NCBI GenBank assembly: GCA_031835245.2
Contig: JAVKOQ020000007.1
Span: 186,001-250,000 of the forward strand
Origin: Balamuthia mandrillaris
Taxonomy: Eukaryota
DNA length: 64,000 nt
Direction: 5' to 3'
The notes beneath the pieces were generated by a model. The model had not been told where the DNA came from. It searched no databases and saw nothing but the letters and a program-made list of their open reading frames with translations. Position 1 is the stretch's first letter; each line of letters begins with the position of its first letter. Positions 49,848-61,164 of the stretch are shown here, in pieces. The translations under genes and the position numbers were made by a program.

Positions 49848-52478
49848 TTACTTATCTCCCGTTTTGGATGAAGTGGTTTTCTGCCTCTTTTGAGAACGTT
49901 CTTTGGCTTCCGCTTCGCTTCCGCTGTCGCTCTCTTCCTCGGAACCATATTTATCGTCTTTCTTCTTCTGGCTCTTTGTTGAAGAAGACTTTGATGGCTT
50001 TTCGGATTTGTTGGAAGTAGGAGTAGAAGGAGTCTTTCGTTTCTTTCTCTTTTGTTTTCCATCTTCCTTTTCTTCGTTTTCTTCATCTTCTTCCTCTTCT
50101 TCTTCTTCTTCGTCTTCTTCGCCAGAGAGAAGACCGATTTCTTCTTCCAAAGGTTCGGCCCCCATCTCGTCGTATTCTTCCGGCACTTCTCCCTCTTCAT
50201 CTCCTGCCACAAAGTCGTCTAAGGTGACGAAGGAAAAAAATAGAAATAAGAAAAGATGATAACAAAAAGAAATGGAAAGCAGCACATTCCAACCAGAAGA
50301 AGCAGAAGCAAGAAGAAAAAGAAAACAACAAAGAAACAAACCATCAGCGGCTTCCTCAGAGTCCTCATCCTCATCATCCAGTTGGACGGCAGCGCTGCTC
50401 TCTCCCTCCACGACCTGCCCCCTCGATGCATCATTAATATCCGTTATCTTCTTGACTGGCATGCCTTTCTTGTGAATAAACTGAAACAGGCCCTTGAACT
50501 CGTTCCGCTGAATGCCAGTAAATTGTACATCTCCTCCGGCCTTCAAGTTAACGATCAAGTCAAACGTTCGATTGCTCACTGCGCCCGCACCCGCGCCCAA
50601 GCCGCTGCTCACGCGAGAGAACTCCACCATGCTAACCTCCGAGTAACGCACAAAAGTAGGAGGCTTGTGGATAAAGAAGAAGCTGCTCTCCAGGGGGAAG
50701 AGGTAGCCATCGTTGGCCTTGACGGAGCACTTCACCGCAAAGCTCTCGTTGTAGGAGGAGAAGGTGCCCGGAGTAGTGAACTTGATTTGGACGAGCTCAC
50801 GAAATACTCGACGAAATAGTTTGTAAGTCTTGCCGCTCATATTTTCTTGAAGCTTGCTGCCAGAAGAAGAGGAAGCAGAAGAGGAAGATTTGTTTTTGTT
50901 GGTGGTTGCCTCGAGTTCAGCCATGTTCACTTCAAGAGAGGTCTTCTGTTCTTTGGAGAATTGCAGGACGAGATGGTGATAGAATGTATTGCCTTGGCGA
51001 ATGGGTGGATCCAAACTTATCTGTTTGATTGTTATTTTAGATGGAAGCAGACGGAAGAAGAAAAGATTTTTTGAAAATGAGAACCGAGAAGAGAGTAGCA
51101 TAAGAAAAAAAGGACGAAAGAACGTACAACAAAGCACACATGCTTATTATCAGGTTTGGGTAGTTCAAAGAGGCGATAAATGCTGGAAAAGAGGATCTTG
51201 TAGTCATAGGTTTTACCGTGCAGCCGCAAAAACGAGGAATACATTTCCACGTCGTAACGGCCACGAGGAGTGAGCACCGCCACGTCTTTGAATACAAGGA
51301 GTCCTCCACCCGCTGTTGGAGCAACATCCGCCACTCGTAATATTTTCTTGTGAAAATCCTGAAACACACAAAATGAATTGTTGAGTGTTGATGGGAAGGC
51401 AAAAAGAAGAGAAATTGAAAACACATACTGCTGCTCCGCCTTCTTCATCTTTAGCAGCAGGCAAGTTGAATCTTATTTCAACGAGAGCTTCTGTCTGTAA
51501 AGCTAAGAAGTCAATAAAAGAAAACATGAGCGAGAGAGAAGCCGTACATCAGGAGAGATAGTGGTATCATCTTGATGGAACTCTAGAGAGACCTCATTTT
51601 TGTTGTGAAGAACGCATTGAGCAACGTTCTTCAGAGGAATTTCAAAGGCAGGAGCACCTGCTACCCGAAAGAGCAACGTGGTATCCCCTTTTTGTTTGTT
51701 TGGAAAGAAGTCAACACAAAGAACACCAGAAAATAAGAACAACAAACACCAACAAATGACACGACAAAAATGAAAAGGACTAACGTTTCAGCTCCGTCTC
51801 GCCCCAATTCCATCCTTTGGTGGAAAGCTCCACTTTCTGCAGCTCCAAGCGAAAGTGGCGGTCAAAGAACGAACGCAATGGCTCATAGTCCTTTTTGTTT
51901 GTATGTTACGATGAGAAAAAGAAAAGCGAGGAGAGAAGAAGACAAATAACAAGAAAGAAGAAACAGGAGAGAGAGAGAGAGAGAGAGAGTGAGTGAGTGA
52001 GTGGTGGTGGTGGTGGTGGTGGTGGTGGTGGTGGTGGTGAGTGGTGGTGAGTGGTGGTGGTGAGTGAGTGAGTGAGTGAGTGAGTGAGTGAGTGAGTGAG
52101 TGAGTGAGTGAGTGAGTGAGTGAGAGAGCAGAGAAGCTGAATGTACTCTATCACGAAAGCCAGCCAGTCTAACAGGAGGACCTTCCTTAGTGCTCACTTT
52201 GAGCTGATAACCAATGCCAGCGTTGATCCACTCCACCCTCCTTACCTCAGTGCCGATGACGCCAACCGTCCGTCCAGCCTTTGTCCGCCAGCCCAAACCT
52301 TTCGGATTGATCTTCAACGTGCCTGATCCCTTTCAACGTGAAAGAAGAAAAGCAAGAACCATCAAAATCCATTCCCAAAAAAAAAACCATCAAATAATTT
52401 GTTTTTTTTAAAAAAACTTACGTTGGGATTGTCAGCTAACGTGATTTCTCCAAACTGAAGCGTGTCGTTCAGTTCCAT
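49848..52478 (-). CDS. SSRP1: FACT complex subunit SSRP1/Pob3, multi-exon
   Basis: KGWNWG, NEVSLEFHQDD, LTPRGRYD, LHGKTYDYKI, LDPPIRQGNTFYHHLV, GYLFPLESSFFFIHKP, acidic tail. Confidence 0.97.
51969..52127. repeat. Compound (GA)n-(GGT)n-(GAGT)n microsatellite in an SSRP1 intron
   Basis: Direct reading. Confidence 0.95.
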
Positions 52479-52886
52479 CGTTGTTGCGTTCTTTGGTTTT
52501 TGTTGTTGTTGTTTTTTTTTTCTCTCTTCTGCTCACACGCTCACACGTTCCCTTTTTCTTTCCGCACAAGAAGCGAGCGAGAAGGAGAAAACAAAGAAAG
52601 GGGGGGAGAAGAAGGAGAGGCGACAAAAGTGTAGGAGGAGAGCCGCTTCTACTCAGCCTTTTCTGCTCCTCTCGATTTTTTTTTTTCGGTTTTCTTTTTT
52701 CCCGCCTTTTTCTGTATGAATACCCCTCAATCATAACGACCTCCATTCCTGCACAAATACTGCAATACCTCTGTTCCATTTCGATGAATTGTCGACAGAT
52801 GAATATATGTCGACTTGGTTATTTTGTCGACTTAGCTACACAGATATTGGTCAAATGCATTAGTATTTGTGCACAAAAGGTGCTGA

Positions 52887-53571
52887 ATGTTGGCTTGGGC
52901 GACACGAAGAGCAGCACAGCAGCAAGCTTCCGCGAAGACCTTTCTCCTCGGCAAACCTTCTTCTCCGTCTCGGTTCCTCCCGGTTGGTTCACGGTCCTGT
53001 CGCTCCACCGCCATGTCTTCCTCCTCCTCCGCAAAGCCGCTCATCTTTGTCACCGGCAACGCCAACAAATTGGCCGAAGTGAAGGCCATCTTGGAAGAGG
53101 TCAACATCCCCATAGAGTCCAGAAATATTGATCGTATGTCACACAAGACGTTCTTCTCTTCTCTCTCTCTCTCTCTCTCTCTTCTTTGTTTCCTCTTCTC
53201 TCTTCTCTCTCTCTCTCTCTCTGTCCCTCTATTGATACTTACTGGAGCCTCTTTTTTTTGTCGTTTTTTCTGCTGTTCAACAGTGCCAGAGTTACAGGGA
53301 GAGCCTGAGGAGATCTCTGTGGAGAAGTGCAAGATCGCCGTTGAAACTGTACGGAAGACTTCCTTTTTTGTCTTGCTTCTTCTTCTTGTAGGCTTGCTCT
53401 GACTTCGCCAGCACTTCTTTTTTTTTTTTGCTTTGTTTCGACTCGGCAGATCAAAGGCCCAGTGATCGTGGAGGACACATGCTTGTGCTTCAACGCTCTC
53501 AAGGGTCTTCCCGGGCCTTACATGTTCGTTCACTCCCGCATGCTCTCTTTTCCTAGTTCTCTCCCTTCGCT

Positions 53572-53609
<38 letters not shown>

Positions 53610-54228
53610 GCCCTATATGTTGTCTTCTCTTAACGAACCCTCTCTTTGGTTGCTTGCAGCAAATGGTTCTTGGGCAAGTTGGGCCACGAAGGTCTCAACA
53701 AGATGCTCGAGCCTTACGAAGATAAAACCGTACGCGCTCCCCACCCCTCTCTCTCATTTTCTCTCAGCTTTTCTAACCACCTTTTTCGTGTCTTCCAAAA
53801 GGCGTATGCTCTTTGCACATTCTCCTTCAGCGCTTCTCCGGATTCCACCCCCATTGTCTTTGAGGGCAGAACGGAGGTACGCTCTTACCCTTTGCTTCGC
53901 TGTCCGACCTCTCCTTACTCTTTCTGGTGTCCGTTTGTTCTTTCTAAATCATTTTTCAACCAACAGGGTCGCATAGTGCCAGCACGCGGCCCGACCAACT
54001 TTGGATGGGATCCTGTCTTTGAGCCAGCTGGCTTCGACCAAACGTACACCTCTCGTTTCTTTCTTTCTTGTCTTTCTCCTTCCTTCCTTCCCTCTTTTGC
54101 TCACTCTCACAAACCTTAGTTTTGCGGAGATGCCAAAAGAAACAAAGAACATCATCTCTCACCGCAGAAAAGCTCTCGACAAACTGAAAGCTTATCTCTT
54201 GGAACATGCCGACCTCTTTCAACAATAA
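52887..54228 (+). CDS. ITPA: Inosine triphosphate pyrophosphatase (HAM1 family), multi-exon; alternative start 53013
   Basis: [49 protein letters not shown]. Confidence 0.97.
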
Positions 54229-54258
54229 ATGTGTGTTTCAACCTTGTTGTTATTGGTT

Positions 54259-54399
54259 TCAGAAGAGAGCAGAGAGATTGTTGCGCCGCCAGATATAGTA
54301 GAACTGGCCTTCCACCACGCTGAACATGTAACAACACACCAAAAATATAACACTCCAACAAAACTATGGAGAGAGAGAGAACAGAGGTCAGTCACGTGA

Positions 54400-54446
<47 letters not shown>

Positions 54447-55046
54447 AGACATACCCGAAGAAAAGAAACGGGTTTTGGATGACGGTTTTGTACAGCAGAA
54501 AAGGAGGAAGCCGAAGAGGAAGTGAAGGTAGCAGCAACGGAGGTAGAAGGAGAATTGGCTTGCAAAGTCAAAGAACAATGCGAAGATGTAGAAGAACGAT
54601 GCGACAGAGGGACGGGAGTCTCTTCCGACCGCCATGTCGACCTGTAGAGTTGCGTAATATTCGCCTTTGGTTGGGTTGAGGTTAGCAAGAACATTAACAA
54701 GAAGGAAAATGAATAATGAGAGAATGAAGAGAAAGCGAGAGAGAGGATAGAGAACGTACAATCTCATCTTCTTTAATAGAGGTTCGTCCAAAGAGAGTCT
54801 TCTCAAAGTGAACCAATTGCATCAGAAAGCCGTTGTTAGGGCGAACGACGTGCCGCCGTCGTTTGACGTAGATGAAAGCCTGACGAAGGGTCATTCCCTC
54901 CCTTGCCATCAGATAGGCCAGCACGAGGGTCGTGCTGCGACTAACGCCCGCTGAACAGTGGACCAGGACTCTCCCTCCTGCTTTGCGTGCGTTGTCTTTA
55001 TTTGTTTATAAGCATAGTCGTGAGTTATAATGTACTCTGAAAACAT

Positions 55047-55114
<68 letters not shown>

Positions 55115-55841
55115 CAGAGACAGAGACAGAGACAGAACAGAGACAGAGACAGAGACAGAGACAGAGACAGAGACAGAGACAGAGACAGAGACAGAGAAAC
55201 AGAAGAGGAGAAGCAGGGACGCAAGGAGAGGGAACGAGAGAGAAGAGGATAACAAAGCAAAGAAGAAACGAACCAAGAAACTCAATGGCAGGGGCAAAGC
55301 ACTGCCCGATGTCAGCTTGGGGAACGTCCTCCAGCCGGAACGTCCTGTAGGTAAAGTCCTGCGGGAAGAAGTTCTGGCAGCGGGAGGTGACGTTGCAGAC
55401 GTGGGTGACGGCCTTCAGGTACTTGAGCACCTCCCTCTGGCGGGCCGCCTTCATGCTGCCCAGGTAGAGAAAGTCGCGGAGGATCTCCGCCATGTCCACC
55501 TTCCTTCCCTCGTTCATCACTCTCTCGTAGAATAAGGTGTCTGAGGAGGAGGAGGAGGAGGAGGAAGTGGAGGAGGAGGAGAGGTTCGACGTTGCTTCAG
55601 TGGAGCCCTTTTGTTTAGCTTCTTCTTCTGCTGTGGTGGTGGCGGTTGATGACATTTTTGAGGGCGTCGCAGGAGAGTCCTTATAGAATGAGGAGGAGGC
55701 CACGCTTTCGTCTGGAAGGAGAGGAACCACGACGATGAGCTCGTTGTTGTTGCTGTTGCTGTGGTCGTTGAGGTTTGAAGCTGTGGGGTGGAACTGCGCT
55801 TGGCGCTCCGCCGCTTCCTCGTTGGGCTGACGAATGGTCAT
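54259..55841 (-). CDS. Dual-specificity protein phosphatase with hydrophobic C-terminal exon
   Basis: FLYLGS, VLVHCSAGVSRSTT (HCX5R), AYLM, VRPNNGFLMQL. Confidence 0.93.
55050..55197. repeat. (GA)n plus (GAGACA)n microsatellite in a phosphatase intron
   Basis: Direct reading. Confidence 0.95.
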
Positions 55842-56594
55842 TGCTCGTGTTTCCCTTTCGAATTTTTTTTTTCGTTTGATTTGCCGCTCGTTTTTCAGAG
55901 AGAAGACGAGGAAGCGGACCCGTTCTTTTGTGTTTGTTGGTGTTTCTCCAACGCGAAAACAGCAGCAGCAGGCTGAAAAAAAAAACAACAGATGAAATAA
56001 AGAAGAAGAAGAAACGAAAAATAATATAGAAGAAGGCACCAAATAAATAAATAGAAAGAAAAGAAAGAGGACAAGAAGAAGAACTAAATAAAGAAGGACA
56101 CCGACGACGAAAGAAAAAGAAAGAAGGAATCTGAAAAAAAACAAAACGAAAAAAAAAAGGGCACCCAAAAAAATAAAAATATAAAGCGGCACCACCAAAA
56201 AAAAAAAAGAGGAGGAGACGAAAAGGTGCCGCGGAAAATGGGGGCACCAAATGATTGGCGTGACACACACAGAGAGGAGAACAAAAAGGTGGCCAGTGGT
56301 GTGGTTTGATGGTGGTGGTGTTCCTCTCTTTCTTTTCAACCGGCAATTATTTTTTCATCCGTTTTTTAGCCGTTATTGTTTATTTTAAACGGACTCCCGC
56401 CAATCCAAAATCAAACGGGTAACCTAGCATCCCCTAAAAATAAGGAGCTTCCTTAAAAGTTTTTAGCTGAAAATGATTAAATGGAGAATTAGGGTAATCA
56501 GCCCATACAGGGTGATTAAAGGATAGCGAGAATGGACAGGAGAGAATGTACCATCACGACGACGTGAAATGATAGGCCAGAATAAGAAAGCGGG

Positions 56595-57010
56595 ATGGGC
56601 GTGAGTGGTCTCTCGCAGTGGCTCAGCCGAACCTTCCCGGATTGTTTTCGCAACTACCATGTTTCGTCGCCGTCGTCGTCTTCTTCTTCATCTGCCTCCT
56701 CTGCTCTGTCTTCGAGAAGAAAAGGGCGTGTGATAAGATATGACCCTTTGCCCATGCAACATGTCGCCCTCGATCTGATGTCCATGCTGCACAACCTCTT
56801 GGCGCGATCGGCGAGCACTCATCCGATGTTCTTCTTCAGAGAGGTGTTCGAGCAGGTGGACGCGGTGTTGGAGGCTTTTCCTCCGGAGGTCTCCCTTGTT
56901 CTGGCGTTGGATGGGCCTGCTCCTGCCGCCAAGTGGGTCAAACAAAAACGAAGAAGAGTGAAAACTGTACGTCTGCACTTCTCCCTTTCGAGCTGTTGTT
57001 CTGTTGTTGA

Positions 57011-57055
<45 letters not shown>

Positions 57056-57323
57056 TCTCACCTCTTCTCTCTCGCTCTTTCGCTTTAGTCCAACAAAGAA
57101 GCGAGCACCAAAGCAGCAATCGATAAATTGGAGTTGACGCCAGGCACTACATTCATGGAGGAGGTCAAGAACGCCCTCTGTCATTACGCCTGCTCCCGTT
57201 TGCTTTCTTCTCCATCACCTTCACGCATTTATGTTTCTGGAGCCACTGTACCTGGTACGCTTCTTTTCTCTTTTGCTCTCTGCTCTGTTCCTTCTGCTCT
57301 TCCCGCGTTCTCTCGTTTTGTGG

Positions 57324-57363
<40 letters not shown>

Positions 57364-59676
57364 TCATCCCTCCCTCCATCCCTTCTATCGCCCTGCCTTT
57401 CCTCCCGTTCTGTGCTTCTTTATTTGTTTTGGGCTAACAGAGTGAATGCAGGTGAAGGAGAGTTGAAGTTAGTGCAATTGCTGTTATACGAAGAAAAGAG
57501 AGCAAGAGAGAAACAAAGAAGAAAAAAGACAAAGAAGAAGAAGAAGAAGAAGAAGAAGCGACAAAAAAGAAATGAAATAGATGGCAATGGTCTCGCAGCA
57601 GCTGAAAACGCAAATGGCGAAGAGGAAACCTCAGCAAGAGCATCACTCATCGTAGGAGACGACTCTGATCTCCTTTTGCTAGGTACTATTTCTTTCCTCT
57701 TTCTCTCTTCATCCCTTATCCCTACTTCTCTTAGCGCTTCGCTCTTCATTCGTTGTTATTCTTCTACTCCTTCTCCCTCGTCCTTCTCTCTCTCTCTCTC
57801 TCTCTCTCTGCTGATGAGAAAAACTTCAAATAATATCAGCAATATGTGGGATGGTAAGTGGAGGACGAGCCACATCGGTGTTTGCTCCGTGTAAAGGTTA
57901 TGACCAGCTTTTCTCCGTAGCTAGACTGTTTGGCTATTTCAGGGAGACCTTTCCACAGAACGGAAACGAGGAAGAGAAGGCCTGTCATGAGGAATTCATA
58001 AGAAGGACAGCAGTGGACTTTGTGTTACTTGTTGTGTTCATGGGCAATGACTACATTCCTAAGTTTCAAGGGTATTTTTCAATTTTATCTTAGCTTCCTT
58101 ATTTTGCATCATGTCTTCATCCTTCTAGTTCTCGTTCTTCTTCTTACCATTTTCTATCTTTGCTTAACCTCTTCGCTAAACCCAAAAGAGTGGAATGGGG
58201 AGATTTATGGCGGAGTTATGTACAGCTAAAACAGAACAACGAAAAGATGAAACAACAATTTCTAGTCGACGTCGATCAACACAACGAACTTACTCTCAAC
58301 TTACCTCTGCTTTATCATATTCTCATTAGCACCAAACGACTTTGTCAATTCTTGAATTGTCATACAAAACTCTTTCACGCAAAAGAAACGCCAAAAGAAA
58401 AAGAAAAAGAAAAAGAAAAGGAAGCAGAGGTTGACGATCTAAGTTCAAACCTACAAGAAGAAGAACAAGAGGAGGAAGACGACAGCAACCTCTTCTTTAG
58501 GCATTGGGACGTTCCCGCTTATCTACAAGCTCTTCTTTGGAACATTCACATGTACCTTTTTGCAAAGTACGTTATTATCCTCTTCTTTGCCTGTTCTTTA
58601 CCTCTCTCTTTCTTTCCGCTCCCGTTCTCGCTCTCTCTCGCTCTCTCGCTCTCTCTCTGCTCTCTTTTTAATATCGTTATTCGCATAGTTGTGGCGATTA
58701 TGACTTTCACTATAGTTTTCCACACTCACCCCCAGCTGACCAACTCATTCTTTGGATTCAACGCCATTACCATCATCTTTCCTATCCTTCTTCTTCTACT
58801 GCTCCTTCCTCCCCATCTTCTTCTGCTCCTTCACTTGCTCTCGAAACAACATCAACATCAACATCACCAATATCTGTAAGAAGCGCCAATGCTAAGTCAG
58901 AGCCGTTGTTACCACATCTGTTTTGTTTGGCAGTTATGCCAAGTTGGGCCAAAGACTTTGTCGTCGCTCCTCTTCGTCATCTCGTGATGGACATCGATAC
59001 CAACAACAATAACAGAAACACAAACGGAGTAGAGAAGGAGAACAACGAAGCGGAAGAGGAAGAGGAAGAAGCATGCCCAACGAGAACAGTGCCAACAGCA
59101 CTCAACTCGATGCAACTCCATATGCAGACGCGTCGATTCAGTCAGCTCATTCAGCGAGAAGCGCAACGCGTCGAGTTGGGGAAATACTCTCCACAAGAAC
59201 GAAGAACAATCGATTTTGCGCTCAACTTACTCTTCAAAAAGAAGAAGCAGAAAGAGCAGAAACATTCGATCCCAACAGTAGGACATGAACAGAAGACAAA
59301 GAGAAAGAAGATGGAAGACGAGGAGAAAGAGGAAGAAAAAGAAGCAGAAGATGTGTTGGCATTTGAAGTGCCAGAAGGAATTGTGGCGGAAGATAAACAA
59401 GTTCTTCGTTCCTTATTGCAAGGTCGTCGGGTACGTTTGTTGTTGGACGAAGAAAAAGGAGAAAGAGACGGCTTAGTTCTCCCACTGTGGAAGAACGAGA
59501 ACAAGGGAAGAGAAGATGTGATGAAGCTGGTGCCCGTGGATGCGTATCGGCACCAATGGGATCCTCATTTTCGTCCTGTGGAAGAGTCGAATGCTTCTGC
59601 TTCTTCAACAACAAAAGAAAATGAAGCGAAGCAGAAAAAGAATCGCTCCAAGTATCGCAATCTCGTTCACTTGTAG
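56595..59676 (+). CDS. Divergent XRN-family 5'-3' exoribonuclease-like protein, multi-exon
   Basis: MGVSGLSQWL, LALDGPAPAAK, LTPGTTFM, VP|GEGELK, GDDSDLLLL, FMGNDYIPK. Confidence 0.88.
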
Positions 59677-59790
59677 TTTGGTTCTTATTTGTTTTGGGGG
59701 AAAAATACAGAGAAAAAAAAGATACAACGAAAAAAATTAATTGAAGAGAGAAGAAGATTGTTAAAAAAAAAAGAATGCGGGTTGTGATTT

Positions 59791-59877
59791 TTATCCACCG
59801 ATTTCGGCTTGCAGTGCTTCCAACTCTGCTCTTAACCGCTCTTTCTCCGCCAATAGTTTCTCGTGCACATCCCAAAC

Positions 59878-59908
<31 letters not shown>

Positions 59909-60366
59909 GAAAGGAGGGAAAAAGAAAAAGAAAGAAAAAAAAAAGGAAGGGAGAAATCAAAAGAAGGAGAAAAGAAAGAAATAGAATTAGTACAAATGGA
60001 ATAAAAAAAGAAAGCGGGAAAAGTACTTATCTGCATCTGTTGAATCTCAGAGGGATCTCCAAATGCGGAAAGGTCTTCTTTGTCCTCGGAGGAGGCTTCC
60101 ATAGGAAGCGCTCCATCTCCCTCTTCTCCCTCCCCCCCATCCTCTCCAGCTTCACCAGTCCCGTCTCCTTCTCCTCCCGCTTCACCTGAGGATGCTTTTT
60201 CTTCGGCTGATTCTTTGTCCATCGCTTGTGCTTGTGGTTGAAGTTCAGGTTCCTCTTCTTCGGCGGTTGTTACTTCCACTTTCGGCTCTTTCTTTGTAGC
60301 TTTTGGCGGTTCCTTTCGCTTTCTGCTGGTCGATGTCTATTTGTTTTATTTCAGTGAGTAAAAACG

Positions 60367-60401
<35 letters not shown>

Positions 60402-61164
60402 AGAGAAGATATGATAAGTGAAGTGGAGGGAAGACGCACAGTTCGTTTAGATCTTGATTTGGTGTCTACGGAAGGAATATGGGAAAGATTGGGTGGTGTG
60501 GTGGAGGCGGCCAAGGCAACAGCATCGAGAGGGGGCAGACCTTCGCCCAAATGGTTACTGCCCCACATCGATTGTTTTTGCTTTTTCTTTGATCTAGGTG
60601 ACTCTGTGTCTGTAAGATCCCCTTCCTCGGCAACAGGACTTCAGAAAAGCAGAATAAATGAACAAGTTTTGTTAACAAATTCCTTTGCCAGCCTGAATGA
60701 AAGAATGAAAGGAAGAAGAAAAAGAACAAACAACATAGACAACAAAGGTAGTGTTTGCAACAAGTATGTACCTAGTATTTAACTGAGCAATTTCAGCCAA
60801 GGCTTCGTCTTCTCGCACTCTTTTTATCTCCATTCTGTGCCTCTCTTCTGAAATCCTTAGTATATCCCTCAAGTCTTGCATGATTGATTCCTTCTTCCAT
60901 GTTAACTCCCCTTGCGCTCGAAATGCACTTAAAACGGCACAATAGGCCTCAACCTCTATGGCGAAAGCGGTGACATTAGCAAAGGAGCTTCCTTTTCCTT
61001 TCGCCTTTTTCATTCTTTTCTCTCATCTTCTTTTGAATAAATTCGTATTAGTGTTACAAACCTAGTCGTTTTAGATCTTGTAGTCGAGCAGTGGGGTTAA
61101 CTCGGGTGGCAGCGGCCCTGGATGCTCCCTTTTTGGCAGGCTCTGATTTCCTTCTCCCTGGCAT
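59791..61164 (-). CDS. ENT (EMSY N-terminal) domain protein with acidic region and C-terminal coiled coil
   Basis: Spliced LQDLKRL|EVEAYCAVLSAFRAQGELTWKKESIMQDLRDILRISEERHRMEIKRV. Confidence 0.9.

Noticed and set aside
52791..52831. Triple GTCGAC as a CRISPR-like or iteron array
   Set aside because: Units are only 6-9 bp and the context is eukaryotic; treated as a promoter motif
54909..56339. 476-aa ORF suggesting a multi-TM phosphatase
   Set aside because: Read-through of the T-rich 5' leader and a microsatellite intron; the likely start is 55841
60672..61013. ATG 61013 as the ENT gene start
   Set aside because: It lies in an intron; splicing from the 61164 exon restores the canonical L-x-x-L-E-x-E-A-Y start of the ENT domain
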